From Octopus vulgaris (taxonomy: Eukaryota): a DNA stretch of 64,000 nt. The notes under the pieces are model-generated. The model was not told where the DNA came from. It saw only the letters and a program-made list of their open reading frames with translations, and made no database searches. Position numbers and translations under genes: made by a program. This document shows, piece after piece, positions 23,933 to 37,110 of the stretch; within the stretch, counting starts at the first letter, position 1; each line of letters starts with the position of its first letter. Location of the stretch: NCBI GenBank assembly GCA_951406725.2, contig OX597830.1, positions 3,472,001-3,536,000 on the forward strand, read 5' to 3'.

Positions 23933-24051
23933 TTATTTGGTTTCATCTTTGACATCTGCAGTAGCATCGTCTATTGCTTTATATATCCAAATCATCTCCT
24001 TCATCTTTTGGTCAGAATGGACTGGAGTTGACATTTTGTTTATCCTACCAT
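23933..24051 (-). CDS. Possible terminal exon: GRINKMSTPVHSDQKMKEMIWIYKAIDDATADVKDETK*
   Basis: Good acceptor tgtttctcttttaaag|, a single open frame to TAA, and non-repetitive sequence. No homology recognised. Confidence 0.2.
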
Positions 24052-24789
24052 CTTTAAAAGAGAAACAGTTTCCCTAACATTTAATAAAGACATATTTTCA
24101 AGTTAGTAAACAGCCCTGGATTTCGATATGTACAGCATCAACCAGTCACTGGATCCAATTTATTCCAACTGTTGCTAATTACTCTTCAAAAGGAATTAAA
24201 CCATCTTCTTACTCAAGAAATTGTTAGAGATTCTATTTCTTTTGGCATTAATTTGTATTTGCAATCAAAATTCGATTCTCATTGATTGTGATTACCTCTA
24301 GTAACCACTTGTAAATACTTTACCTATGGAATTATTAACTTGATAACATCAGAAACAGTGAAGTCTCTGAGCTGAGAGTCATTCACATATATTTAGCTAG
24401 AATATCTTGTTTTCAGATTATATCATACAAACTATGAGAGAGAGAGTGAGTGAGTGTGTATGTGTATGTGTGTGTAATAAAACTCACTCTTGTTGAATGT
24501 CATCCCTGTTCTAAAGCAAATACTCACTTAAGGTTTTAATCCAATTGTGGTTTTCGTATTTGTTTCTTTTTGGTAGTTTTCATGACCAACAATTGCTCTA
24601 GGTTCTCTATAGTCTATGAATTGCTATTCTGGAAGCTGGTAAATATATAGGTTTATAAAAGTCTGATCCATGGCTTTACCTCTCCATCTTCTTGGATATT
24701 TATCAGAATTATTGAGCGCCAACTTACATTATGGAAAGGTAGAATCATCAGAACATTAAAACCACTGATTTCTGTTTGCTCTTTATATT

Positions 24790-25002
24790 CTTTTCTTCTC
24801 TAGGCACAAGGCCTGAAATTTTGGGGGAGCAGGGAAGTCAATTAGATCGACTCCAGTACGCACCTGGTACTTAATTTATTGACCCCGAAATGATGAAAGG
24901 CAAAATCAACCATGGTGGAATTTGAACTCAGAATGTAAAGACAGACGAAATGCTACTAAGCATTTCGCCTGATGCGCTAATGTTTCTGCCAGCTCGCCAC
25001 CT
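24790..25002 (-). mobile_element. SINE family B
   Basis: Ends ...TTTCTGCCAGCTCGCCACCTT and contains GATGAAAGGCAAA. Confidence 0.85.
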
Positions 25003-25149
25003 TCTAGTTCTTTGTATTGTGAGTTGAAATTCAGCTGAGGTCATCTGTTCACAGTAAACAAAATGAAATACTAATTAACTACTAGAGTAAATGTAATTTA
25101 CTCAAAATTACTGGCCTTGTACTAAAATTTAAAACTAATCATTATATTC

Positions 25150-26620
25150 TTAGAATTTGGAATCAAAATGCTCTTCACATGTCCAACATCCCCTTCCATT
25201 CCAGACATGCTATGATACCAAAATAACTCTGTTGACTGTTGTTTCAAGATATAATTTAACCTATTTGAGGAAATTTTTCAAGACTCTACTTCTTTCTCTC
25301 ATAAGTATTCTTCTGCAGAAGTTCAAGCTGGACATCAGTTACACCAATCTGACCATTCTAGAAGGTGCTATCTATTCAAAATCTCCTTCAAAGATGTTTT
25401 ATATTCGTTGCTGCTCCTGGCCATGAGCATTAAATAAATGTCTTCTTTGGCAACATTTCAATTGTGCATTCTAAACTGGTTTATTAATTCCTTGAGATTC
25501 CCAACTGATCTAATATTTCTTTATTGGGCTCTCGTGTTACCATTCCTCTATAGTTGTGTAGTAAAGAGATTTGCTTCCCATGATCTTTGGTTCAGTTTCA
25601 GTGTAGCACCTGAAGTGAGAGTCTTTTACTAAAGCCATGTGAGTGGATTTGGTAGAGAGAAATTGAAAGAAGACACACTCAACTGTCTCTTTAATTTGGC
25701 ATCATGTGATATTTATGAATCAGTGTCACCTCATATAAGTGGCATCATTCACTTCCAGTCTTCAGCAAAATATGTCTGGCCATACAGAAACATTATCTTA
25801 CTTGAAAACAAATAAGGGTTAACAGCAGGAGAGGCATCTAGCTGTAGAAAATTTGCCTCAATGAATTCCATCCAATCCATGCCAGTATGGAAAAATGAAC
25901 GTTAAAAGGATGGTGATGATATGATGATGATGATAATGAATTTGCCATGCAACCTTTTCCGTTTTTGGTTTATTTTAACTAATAACTATTGGTATTTTAA
26001 AAAAATATTTTGCTGTTTTACCAAAGTCTCTGTTTTCTATATTATTTTTCATTTTAATCACCAAGTCTATTCTGTTTTGATGTGACAATTGTTTTACAAA
26101 GTCAATAATTGTCACATACTTTCAGTTATCTCTTGTGTGTTCTTCCTTTGTGGGTGGGTGGAATGGCGATCTCTGTTTTCTGTCCTTAATGTGATTGGTG
26201 GCCATCTTTAGAATATCTCAAATGCATCATCACTGATGTTTGACTTATGCCCCCAGGAAAGTCAGTTTGTAAACTTCGGAAACTGGTTACGCAATATCAT
26301 TTGTATCTATTTTTATTGTGTTCTTGTCTTTCAACCTTTGGACATCAAAAAGGTTTTATTTTCTTATTCCATCTCTCAGTTCTTGCATTCAACTTCAACA
26401 GCAACAGTTTACCCATCAGCAAGGAATCTTCAAATTCGTACATGTGTGACTCTCTGTAAACTCCAATGTCTCTGTCTTTACAATTTAAATGTTTGCTTCT
26501 CACCAATTTTACCAATCTCATTATTTGTTTATCTACCAAGGGCAACACTTCCTGTGAAGATCCTTTTAGAGACCTTATTGTTGCCATAACTATCTATTTA
26601 AATTATTTTACTTTTCTTGT
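25150..26620 (-). pseudogene. Ancient RTE-like LINE relics, interrupted by younger repeats
   Basis: DIGVYRESH...LLMGKLLLLKL...FDVQRLKD resembles the end of an RTE endonuclease (26300-26590). A degenerate GHV motif lies near 25180. A SINE A fragment and an RTE tail sit in between. Confidence 0.45.
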
Positions 26621-27999
26621 GACTTGCACAGCAAATAAACATAAGTCCACACTCATAGGATGATGTGAGGGTGAGGAGGAGGAGGAGGAGGACTAATAAC
26701 GGCCATTGGCAGAATCATAAAATGCACCTGATCTTTCTTGTAAAAACAAGAATTTTAATCCATTACTTACACTGCATAGATTAAAAGCCATTTGAGAAAT
26801 GGAAATCACCCTATCTATAAACCAGGATCTATGTGAGTCAACAATGGAAGCTTAATAGAGTTGTTAAGTCTGCTGAAAATAACAGTGGAATGGTCCTCGA
26901 ATGACATAAAACTGTATCAAAAGTCACATTGCATCATGTGCACTTCTAAAATAATAGGAATATTATTGATTACAGACCATCTCAGATCTGATTTATGGTG
27001 AGACAAGAATGATAATTTGCAGGGAGAGATCTAGTTGATTGCATTGACCCCCAGTACATAACTGGTATTTATTTTACTCTGAAAGGATGAAAAGCAAAGT
27101 TGACCTCAGCAGGATTTGAACTCAGAGAGTAGAATTAGATGAACTGTTGTTAAGCATCTTGCCCAGTGAGATAATGATTCTATCAGCTTGCCGCTGTCAG
27201 CAATAATGATAATAATAAGAACAAGGACATGTGTGAAACTAGAAAGAGTGATATAATTTTGGTAAGAGGTCTAGCTGTGCCATCCCCTGTTTTGGTTGTG
27301 ATAATAAAGACATGAGTTTGTTGTTAATATTTTTGCCTGGTGAAATAAACAACACAATCCATGGTTTATGAAGACACAGATATACTTTATCAAATTGTAT
27401 CCAGACATTTTAAAAATCAGCATTGATCAAGTTTGCATTCACAAATATTTGAGATGAGGAATAAGAGAATGATCTCTACACAAAGCTCAAAACATCTTTG
27501 GATATATTTTGAAACTCAATATGGTAATTCTGTTATTTCAAGAAGAATGTTAAGAAGAGATTGTTCTGTAGAAATAAAGCAGATCACCGAAGCAGTCATC
27601 AAACTCAACACCAATTTGCCATGATGATGCCATTACTGTCAAGAGACTAATTAATATATTCAAACTCAATTTTCCTTAATTATTTAAATTAGTATGAAGT
27701 AATAAGAGATTACAGAAGCATTTCCATCATGAAAGTATTTCTAGAATTTTTTCAAAAATAATTTTGAATTTATAATGAATCCTTTAGAAAGTTTTAAAGA
27801 TATTAATGTTAATCTACCTACAATTTCTGATAATCTCACATCCCTAGAATAACTCAAACTGCACCCCAAATGCAAGCTTTCCTCTTTAGCCTTAGTCACT
27901 TGCTGACCGTCTAGATAAATCCAGTATCATCCATAATGGCGTACCATTCCTTCATAACAAAAAGAAAGGATCAAAGGTTCTCCCTCAGCCATTGACCCA

Positions 28000-28252
28000 T
28001 GAGACTGATTTCCCAGATTCTGTCATGTATAAAATATATATATATATATATATATATTGCACCCCTTCACTCCCAAGCAGGACCCTAGTCTGTCACAGAG
28101 TGACTCCTTTTTGCCAGTTGAGTTGACTGGAGCAACATAAAATGAAGTGTTTTGTTCAAGAACACAACACATCACCCAGTCCAGGGATTGAAGCCACAAC
28201 CTTCTCATCCTGAATGCAACACCCTAAACCACTAAGCCATGTGCCACCACAT
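28000..28252 (-). mobile_element. SINE family C
   Basis: ACTGGAGCAAC...GTGTTTTGTTCAAGAACACAAC...ACCACTAAGCCATG. Confidence 0.75.
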
Positions 28253-28942
28253 GCATAACTATTGCACATGTAAATGACCAAGGTCAAGGCAGCTCAAAGT
28301 GGGTTTCACAGAATTTCCAGGATTCAAACAAAATTTATTTCCTACAACAAATAATATTCACTATTTTCAATGTTATTCTTGTTCCGTTTAATGTTTAATC
28401 AAAATGGTGGTAGTGGTGGTGGGGTGGCAGAGGAGTGTCTGTAAAATATGGGTTCCAGGATTTTGGAAAAATCTTCCATTTCTATTCCATACTATAAGTT
28501 TGGAAATAATTTTGGTCATGACCATATTCCAAATAAGACCATTCAACAAGTATTGGTTCACTTTTGTTCACTTATTAATGCTTCCTAAGCAAAGGTATGT
28601 GGTTGGGAGGAATGAATACTTGGTTCACAATCATAAGGTTATGTGTTTGATTCCTGCTGGTGCATATTGTCTTTGAGCAAGACACTTTTGTTTCAAGTTA
28701 CTCCAGTTCACTCACCTGGCACGAATGAGTAGTACCTGTATTTCAAAGGGCCAATCATGTTGCATTCCGTGTCATGCTGAATCTCTCTCTGAACTACATT
28801 AAGTGTATGCATGTCTGTGAAGTGCTCAACCGCTTTTACTTTAATTTCATGAGCAGGCTGTTTCATTGACCAAATTAAGTGGAAGATTTGTTGTTCTAAC
28901 CATTGAAATGCCAGTTACTAATTGCTCTGGTTCACCAATGAA

Positions 28943-28993
<51 letters not shown>

Positions 28994-29160
28994 ACACAAG
29001 TGTACTCCTCTAGACATGCTAGGTTCATCTTCCCCTCCACTAATGACTCTGCCTCCCCCACTTTCATTACCATTACTCTCTCTCAACACTCTTCTACATC
29101 TGTTATGCAGCTTTTAAAATTCATTGAAAATACCTGAGTTGTTGTTGTTGTTGTTAAACA

Positions 29161-29463
29161 CTTGACATGTATTCCCAACATGTGGTGCATGTCCCACCGG
29201 TGGGGCATGTTAATAGTTTGGTGAGGCATGCATAAGGTTACCTTTTGTACGCAATGTCTAGTATACCAATATAGAAAGGGGGCAATTCGAAAATGAGTTA
29301 TTAATAAAAAAAAAAAGAACATTGTTTACATCCATTCTGTGGACAAAATGTTTGGACACTTCAGAGACGTTTTTTCCTCATATTCATAAGATCTGATGTC
29401 ACTAAAGAGGGAATAGATTATTTCCTTCGATTTAGTGGTATGTGAAAACATGCAGGTAATTAC

Positions 29464-29501
<38 letters not shown>

Positions 29502-30516
29502 ATGTAGTATAGAACCGGTCAGTACAGAATGCAATGCCATCTTAATTCCCTCTGGAGGAATAAACTGGAGACAGACTTCTGTGTGCAGGTGTGTCTGAGA
29601 GTCTTTTATCTCTGGTGACAAAAGATCCAGGTACACAAGGAGTATGTGGTGCTGTAGAAGAATATGGCAATAAAATGGTGTTTGGGGGTGAGAGATGAAA
29701 GAATAGAATGGAAGTGAGGGGTAGCGTCAGGGAAGGAAGAGAAAGAGAAAGAGAGAGACGAGAGGAGACAGACAGACAGATAGATAGAGAGAGAGAGAGA
29801 GAAATTAATGGAACCGGTAGCGTACGACACACTCGTATAATATATATGAACAGAGATGAAAACTAAAAGGTGTCGTTTTATTACCACCGGTCAGTTTGTG
29901 AATTCAGCAAAAAGGTAAGAAAAGACTTCCATCATTGATACAAAGGCTTTTGCAGCTGAGAAGATTCACGGAATATTTTTGGTTTCTTTTTGAGCAGATT
30001 TTCCCAAATCTTTTGGAAGAAATTGTTGCAAATATCTGTTTCAACTGAAATATTTTCGTGTTTGATTCAAAGACAGATTTCTGCCTCAACCCTGACTTCA
30101 GATAAAAATGGGTAATTTTTAATGAAATTGTCTTCGAATTCCGAATATACAAAATTTAGGGCAAGGGATTTCGGAAAATTCATCAGAGTCCACTCCAATT
30201 CATCTTAACTTTCAAGAAAATTGATATTTTTTAATGAAATTCTCTACAAATAAACTGAGGATATAGGGATTTTGGGGGCTATTTTTGAGAACCGTTCCCG
30301 ACTTGCAGGTGTTTCTGAACAAGTTGTTCATATTTGTTTCATTTTCTCCGTTTTTGTCCATTTGTGCATCCATAGATTTCTACTGAAGTAACAAACAGGC
30401 AACAAAGGCAAATGAAACCCTCACCAGGAAACTTGTTATGCTAGAAATAACAGCTAAAGGTCTGCTACACAGTAATATGTTATTAAGACCACTTATCTGT
30501 TGCATACGATAATAGA
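29161..30516 (-). mobile_element. Non-autonomous Helitron-like element, copy 2 (apparently complete)
   Basis: The minus strand starts TC (30516) and ends CAAG|T, a CTAG variant (29161). Subterminal palindrome CATGTCCCACCGGTGGGGCATG at 29188-29209. No TIR or TSD. Duplicate of 11360-12698. Confidence 0.65.
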
Positions 30517-30699
30517 AAGGCAGAAGACATCAGAAGCAAAAATAAGGAATACACATGCAGAGTTAAATATAGAAGGGTAAAGCATAATTTGTTACATAAT
30601 CTCTATAATAAAAATGATATTGAATGGAATAATTCCTCGTTTGAACTTTTTTTAATTACATATATGCGTGTGTGTATGTGTGTGTTAGAAATCTACTGA

Positions 30700-31140
30700 T
30701 AGACAATTCCATTAAAAATATCCATTTTCCCCAAAGTTATGATCAACCAAAGTCGGAGTCGCAGAAATCTGTAGTTATGCTGATTCAAAAATACATAAAA
30801 TGAGTTGTTCAAGTAAAAAAAAGTTCGTCGATATTTAGAGGAATATTTAAAATTTGGATTTATACCCGCTGTCCACGATAAACTGTCACCAAGTTATGGG
30901 CGAAAACCTCGGAACTTATGAATTTTCCAAAAGTTCTCTCCTCAACCCTCGGAAAAGATTTCCCTACAAATTTCTTTTTAATCGTAATCTATGCTGGTTG
31001 AAAGGTATTTATATAAAATTTCATTAAAAAAAACATTTTCCTAAAAGTTATGAGGGGAAATCTCGGATCTTGTGAATTTTCCAAAGTTCTCTCCTCATCG
31101 TTGCTTTCCACACATTTTTTTCATATTCGTTTCTTACACA
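30700..31140. mobile_element. Fragment of the element family seen at 13980-14240, in opposite orientation
   Basis: GTGAATTTTCCAAAGTTCTCTCC and GGAAAAGATTTCC.TACAAATTTCTTT match the reverse complement of 14040-14220. Confidence 0.6.
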
Positions 31141-33310
31141 TTTCTTTTTTATATCTGTTTCACTATTTTTTCTTTTATTTAGTTTCCAGGTAATATTGTA
31201 AATATTAACCAAATTTTGAATAACAAGGGGGCATCAGGATTTTAACATGATTCAGTGGGGCATGGCCAAAAATCAGTTGGAAACTTCTGCACTTGACCAA
31301 AAATATTCCAGCTGTGGCCATTACACATATATCAGGGACTATTACTTTGTCCGGTATGTTTTCCCTTCATTTGAGACAGTAGGAAAGAGAGATTTGACTG
31401 CTGTCTCTAATAGATCACTTAACCACTTTGAGGATTCATTGTTGTTGTTTGGTCCCAGGTTGGCCTTCGTGCAATCAGACACTCCATTCATGACCATCTT
31501 CTGCCACTATATTTTCTTACCTCTTTTAAGGTAGCAGGTTGTAATTTGAGTGAGATTTGGCTGCTATTTTTAACATGTTGAGTGACCACATAAAGGTTCC
31601 CTCATTGGCTGGTGAATATCTTCACAGAAATAATAGTAGAAACAGGGACATAAAAAAAATTTCCTAAATCCGGAATATGTCAGAACTATTAACCTTTTTA
31701 AAAACGGATAAAAAGTAACTTCTTAGTTTGTTGAGCCCTAGGTCAAGCTTTTGTCCTTTTCACAAGAATTCTCTTGTTTTGACCATCCCACTGTTTTCTT
31801 TTATCTACAACAAATAGCTTTAACCAATCTGTCCTTAAGCTGTATGATTTAATGGAGATTTGGCTGATTAATTGAGACTTCTATCCTTGATAAGAAAAGT
31901 ACGATTCCAAGGTGGTGGAATGACAGAATTGAAATAAAATCAGACTGGATGCCTTGCAGTCTGAGTTCAAATCGTAGAATGCTAGACTTAATCCATCCCC
32001 TGGTTTAAACACCACAACCTCATACTTTGAGTTCCTTGAGTAGATCCCTGGGAACACCCCTCCCTCTTCTCCCACAAGTCTCACAGATCCTGTAAGGGAC
32101 CAGGAGTATTGCTTTCCCTCCTGACTAGGGATCACATACTGTCCAGTGTGTTCCAATAAAGCACTCACACCCTTTGATGTTTTGGTAAAAACACTCAGCC
32201 CTTGGTTGTCTTCAGACAAGTCCACTCTGTTACAAACATTTGGTATTAGTCTCTGAGCTGGTGATAACTTTCTCCCTTCCTCCATTTCCTCCCGAAGACC
32301 CTAAAAAGAGTCATCATCACTGTCCTGGTTCCTCTCACAAACTTATAAGAATAAATATGGTGTTGTAAGGAATTGGTTAGTTTGTCATTATGATTGGAAC
32401 TTGATTAATAATGCTAATGAAACATACCCTATAATTGCTTAAGCCAGCGTATATCATTGGTCCCAGGATTTGACTGGTTCATTATTTTATCAACACTAGA
32501 AGGATGAAAGCAAAGATGGCCTTTGTGGAATTTGAACTCAGAATGTAAAGAGCTGGAATATGAATTAATTATTATTTAGATTGAAGGCCAGTAGTTTTGT
32601 GAGGAGGTGTTTAGTGAATATGGCCAACCTCAGTACTTGACTGCTATCTTTATTTCATCAAGCTGGGTGGGGTAAAAGGCTAAGTTGACCTTGGTGAGAT
32701 TTGAACTTGGAGTGTAAAGAACTAGAACAAATGCTGCAGGGCATTTTCACCCCACTGCACCACCTGTGATGATTCACTCTATCTGCCACCCTTGTTCAAC
32801 CCATAATAAAATGGTATGGAAATGTTATCCAGTTTCTATTTGGGTAGCATCTAATTTTAGTCATGACACACCATTAAATATTGCTATGAATTCATTAAAC
32901 ATTTTATCATTTTCTCAATAACAAAGTTTATGTCAATAATACATTTATATGATTTCAGTTAAGTTGTTTTTATTTTCTGAAACACTATTGTAGCTCAATC
33001 TTTGCAGTTGATATCAATTTATCTCAGTCCATATTAGAGAGCTTCATATTAACCTGTCCTCTTCTATGAGTTGATTATTAAGTCAGTCTTCTGCTTACAC
33101 TCTGCATTCTGTTATTAGAATAACTACTGTGTCTCTTGTAAGAGCTGAGCAAAAGAGTTGGCATTAAGGAGGGTATCTAGCCCTCAAATACTGTTCCAAA
33201 AAAGGGACCATGATGACTCTGACATAGACCCCACAAACCTAACCTCACTGCATTAGCAGAAGGAATGGCATTAAAATGTTTGTCTGTTGGTGTGGTTGTC
33301 ATATGTCTGT

Positions 33311-33512
33311 ATAGTTTAATATCGCACATATATAAGAATAGTTTAATATCCATCTCATATATCAATATACTTTAATATCCATCTCATACATCATTTAATA
33401 TCCAACTCATATATCATTACAGTATTATTTCACATAGTTGTATCTTCCACACAAATTCATTTTCAGCTTGTACTCTGCTATACTTTAATATTCAACTGAT
33501 ATATCATTACAG
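33311..33512. repeat. Degenerate minisatellite, unit about TTTAATATCCATCTCATATATCA
   Basis: About five copies are readable directly. Confidence 0.7.
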
Positions 33513-34420
33513 CCATCATTAGTCATTTTCCCTTAATGAGATCTATATCATCACTGACTAGCATGTAGGGCTGGTGAGGTAGTGCCCTGGGTTTTATGAA
33601 GGATCTGAGGGCCCATTAATAATTCTTCAAAATATTTAGAAATTAGATATTAGGATAGACTGATGTGAGTAAGTAATCCATTAAATGTATCATTACTCAT
33701 GTCTAACATTGAAGGAATGAGGTACTCTGTTGTGGTGATACGTCACTCAGTTAGTTATAAGTCATTAGTCGAAAATCATTGCAGCCTAATAATCCTTCCT
33801 TCTATAAGCACAAGGCCTGAAATTTGGTGAGGGAGGGGCTAAGTCAATTACATCAACCCCAGTGCATAACTGGTACTTGTTTTTCACTCCCAAAAGGATG
33901 ACAGGTAAAGTGGGCCTCACAGATTGCTATGTAATAATGACAGCTGAGTTTGCCTGTTACAGCTATGTGTTATATAACAATACATATACAGGCAGAGCTA
34001 TTTTCCTAGCACCAACAACAACAACGACAACACTAATCTACTGCTTTTGGCCGGCTGATCCCCTTCCTCTACCCATCCTCACATTTCCTCAATGTTGCTT
34101 TCTCCCAATTTTACAATATTTTTCCCAACTCCCATGATGTTTAAATTATTTACTTTCATTTCTCTCTCTCATTCTCTCTCCCTCTTTCTCTCACATATAC
34201 ACCCATACATACACACACACACACACACACTCATCCTTTAAGCAGCTGTGCATTATGATTGCTAAAGTAGACACAGAAAGGAATGATCATTTTTCATAGG
34301 ATGTCCCCTAATCAACCCAATAGTTAATGTTAATCTAAAAATTATATCCTTATTGCTTCTAACAAAGGCACCAGATCATAATTTTGTCGAAGAAACAACC
34401 AATTCTATCACGTTCACACT

Positions 34421-34652
34421 TGTTTAATTCTGTCAGCAGAATGTCAAGTTGATATCACAGTTTCTGTAGAATTTTAATAAAAATTTCCATGCTGCTCACT
34501 TTAGTATCAGCAGTGGCATCGCTTACCTGTAATACCAAGTTGCAGATATTGATGAGAGCAAGAATGCTAAACTGGCTGGAAGACAAGAGTCCCCAACCGA
34601 AAGGGGACACATGTCTATTATTAGCTCCACTTCTTTGCTTCTGGTCTGTGGT
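34421..34652 (-). repeat. Inverted duplicate of 36333-36565 (part of the hAT fossil)
   Basis: Manual alignment shows about 10 differences in 232 bp. Confidence 0.92.
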
Positions 34653-34999
34653 AGTTTATCTTATCCACCTCAAAAGGATGCAAGATCATCTTGGTGGGAT
34701 TTCAACTCAAAATGGATGGAATCTATAATCTTTTCCTGCAGGAATGTCATATGTTGTTATTGAATCATCACAAAGTTCAATCAAAAGCCAGGTGGAAATC
34801 AGAAAATGAACAAGAGCACAAAGGAAAGAAGTATTACTGAGCATGGTCATTACCTGGTATGTTTATTATTGCATACAGGTATTACCACTGAAAAGTTAAG
34901 GCATGTAGAAGATGAACCAATGAACCGTTCACTTGAAAATTAATTGGAAACAGGATGGTCTCCTTTAAATGGCAGCACTAATAATTTTGTTGATTATGG

Positions 35000-37110
35000 A
35001 CCATTATTCAATGCCTAAATAATTCTCACCTGAAAGTGACTAGCACTAACTCAGAAATAAATTAAAGAAAGAAATCCCATCAAAGGCATGTGGGATAGGT
35101 TTCTGGTTGGAAGTGCCGAAAACATTGAAAAATATCTGTGGAACGGACATATTCTTCTTCTTCCTAAAGCAATTCCTTGTGAGAATGAGTAGTAATCTTT
35201 TTCCAAATGACATCTTAAATAGAAGAATAACAACATTGAAATGTCTGAGTTTAATCAGAGTAAAATGTCAAGAAAGAAACCTTATTTTCTTTACTCTGTA
35301 AAGGAAAGGTAAAGTTGCTACATCATCTCTGACAACAGAGGATGGTGTTGGACTGAAAAATAGAGAAAATTATACCACAGAATTTTCATACTTGAATGCA
35401 GTAACCAGCATAAATTGAATTATGATGTATCATGGAGAGAGTTTAAACAAAGAATTTATTTAGACACATGCAACAGAAGAGGCAAACTGGACAAAATCTT
35501 TACACTAATTGACATTATTTTAGTTCAGGGTGAAACAGTGTTGGCATTCTGTGATGCCTTTTATTTGATTGGTGATATTCACAATGGTAACTTCCTTTGG
35601 TTTGTTGAACTTTATCTTATAGGGATCCAATACCTGAATCCTATGTCAGGAAAGTTGAAGAAACTCAGAAAAATGGAGAAAGGTTGCAAACAGATTATTT
35701 GTCAGCCGAATTACAAAATAAATTTATTTCTCTTTACTTTGATTTTGTTTTGAAAGACATATCCTCTGAAAGATCAATAACAGTTGATGCAACACCTGAT
35801 TCCACCTATGTCAAATAGATAACATTTATCATACGTTACCTTCAAAGTTTAGATTGGAATCTAAGATTCAAGAGAAATTTCTGTTGTTTGAAGTTTGTTG
35901 TGAGAAAACAGGTTCTGAAATTGCCAACCTGATAAAGGAAACATTGAATAAAAATAGGTCTCACTTGGAAGATTGCCAGGTGAAGGACACTAATATGGTA
36001 GTCAAGTACAAGAGAGTACAGGGACTATTAAAGAAAATCTTGTTGCTATTTTCCCATATTATACTTGTGTGGCACAGATTGGGCAGGATGTTGTACTGAG
36101 GCAGTTAATTTTTAAAGAGCTTTTATATTTACAATATCGTTTTCTGTATTACAAAAACTGGAAAATTCTTTCAACCTCACACAACTTGTCACTCATTGCC
36201 AGGATGTGTTTCTGTTGAAAGAATTTTCCAAATACCTGTGGTTCACTAAAACCGTTAGTGTGAATAATTATATGCAACAAATATCAATGGTAGCAAATTT
36301 GTTCTACAGAATGTTCTGAAATTCAATCTGACACCACAGACCAGAAGCAAAGAAGTGGAGCTAATAATAGACACGTGTCCTCTTTCGGTTGGGGACTCTT
36401 GTCTTCCAGCCAGTTTAGCATTCTTGCTCTCATCAATATCTGCAACTTGGTATTACAGGTAAGCGATGCCACTGCTGATACCAAAATGAACAGCATTGAA
36501 ATTTTTATTGAAAATCTACAGAAACTGTGATACCAACTTGACATTCTGCTGACAGAATTAAAACATGTCACCATAAATCTAAAAACTGGAATTAAAGTAC
36601 AAAGGAGAGAAAGTGAAAGAAATTCTTTAATGAGAACCAGTCAAGTGATGAAAGCCAGGCAAAAAATCCTGACGCACTTGCAGAATCATTATTGCCGACT
36701 CGCATTTGTTTTTTATGCTAATGTCAGTTCTGTCATTTGGTGATCTAACGAGGAGACTGGAAGCTGCCAAAATATTTCTGATTTTTTAAAAAATTCTTCT
36801 GGAAATGCCTGCCTATGTCAGGAAATCTTTTGACCACAAACCGCATGTGTCATTTGTAGAAATTTATGATGCTATGTAAACATAAATGACACAGAGCTCT
36901 CAAATGAATCAACCAAAATAGAACTATGGTATACCAATGCTAGTTCCAAGAACTACAATTTGAACTTATGCATTTACTCAACAAAATAAACAACCAAAAA
37001 ACTTAGTAAACATTGTTTTTAATGTTGTACATCACTGATTTGTTTTCTTTTTCTAATTATTTGTAACAGCAGACTTAGAAGAAACTTCATTCAGTGAGTT
37101 TGCTTTGTTT
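35000..37110 (+). pseudogene. hAT-superfamily (ZMYM1-like) transposase fossil
   Basis: TVDATPDSTYVK*ITFIIRYL (first catalytic Asp region), IQEKFL...KTGSEIANLIKETL...LEDCQ, and IGDIHNGNFL.FVEL. Many stops. Confidence 0.8.

Noticed and set aside
33311-33512. Short direct repeats as a CRISPR-like array
   Set aside because: Degenerate adjacent units without unique spacers, in a eukaryotic context with no cas genes.
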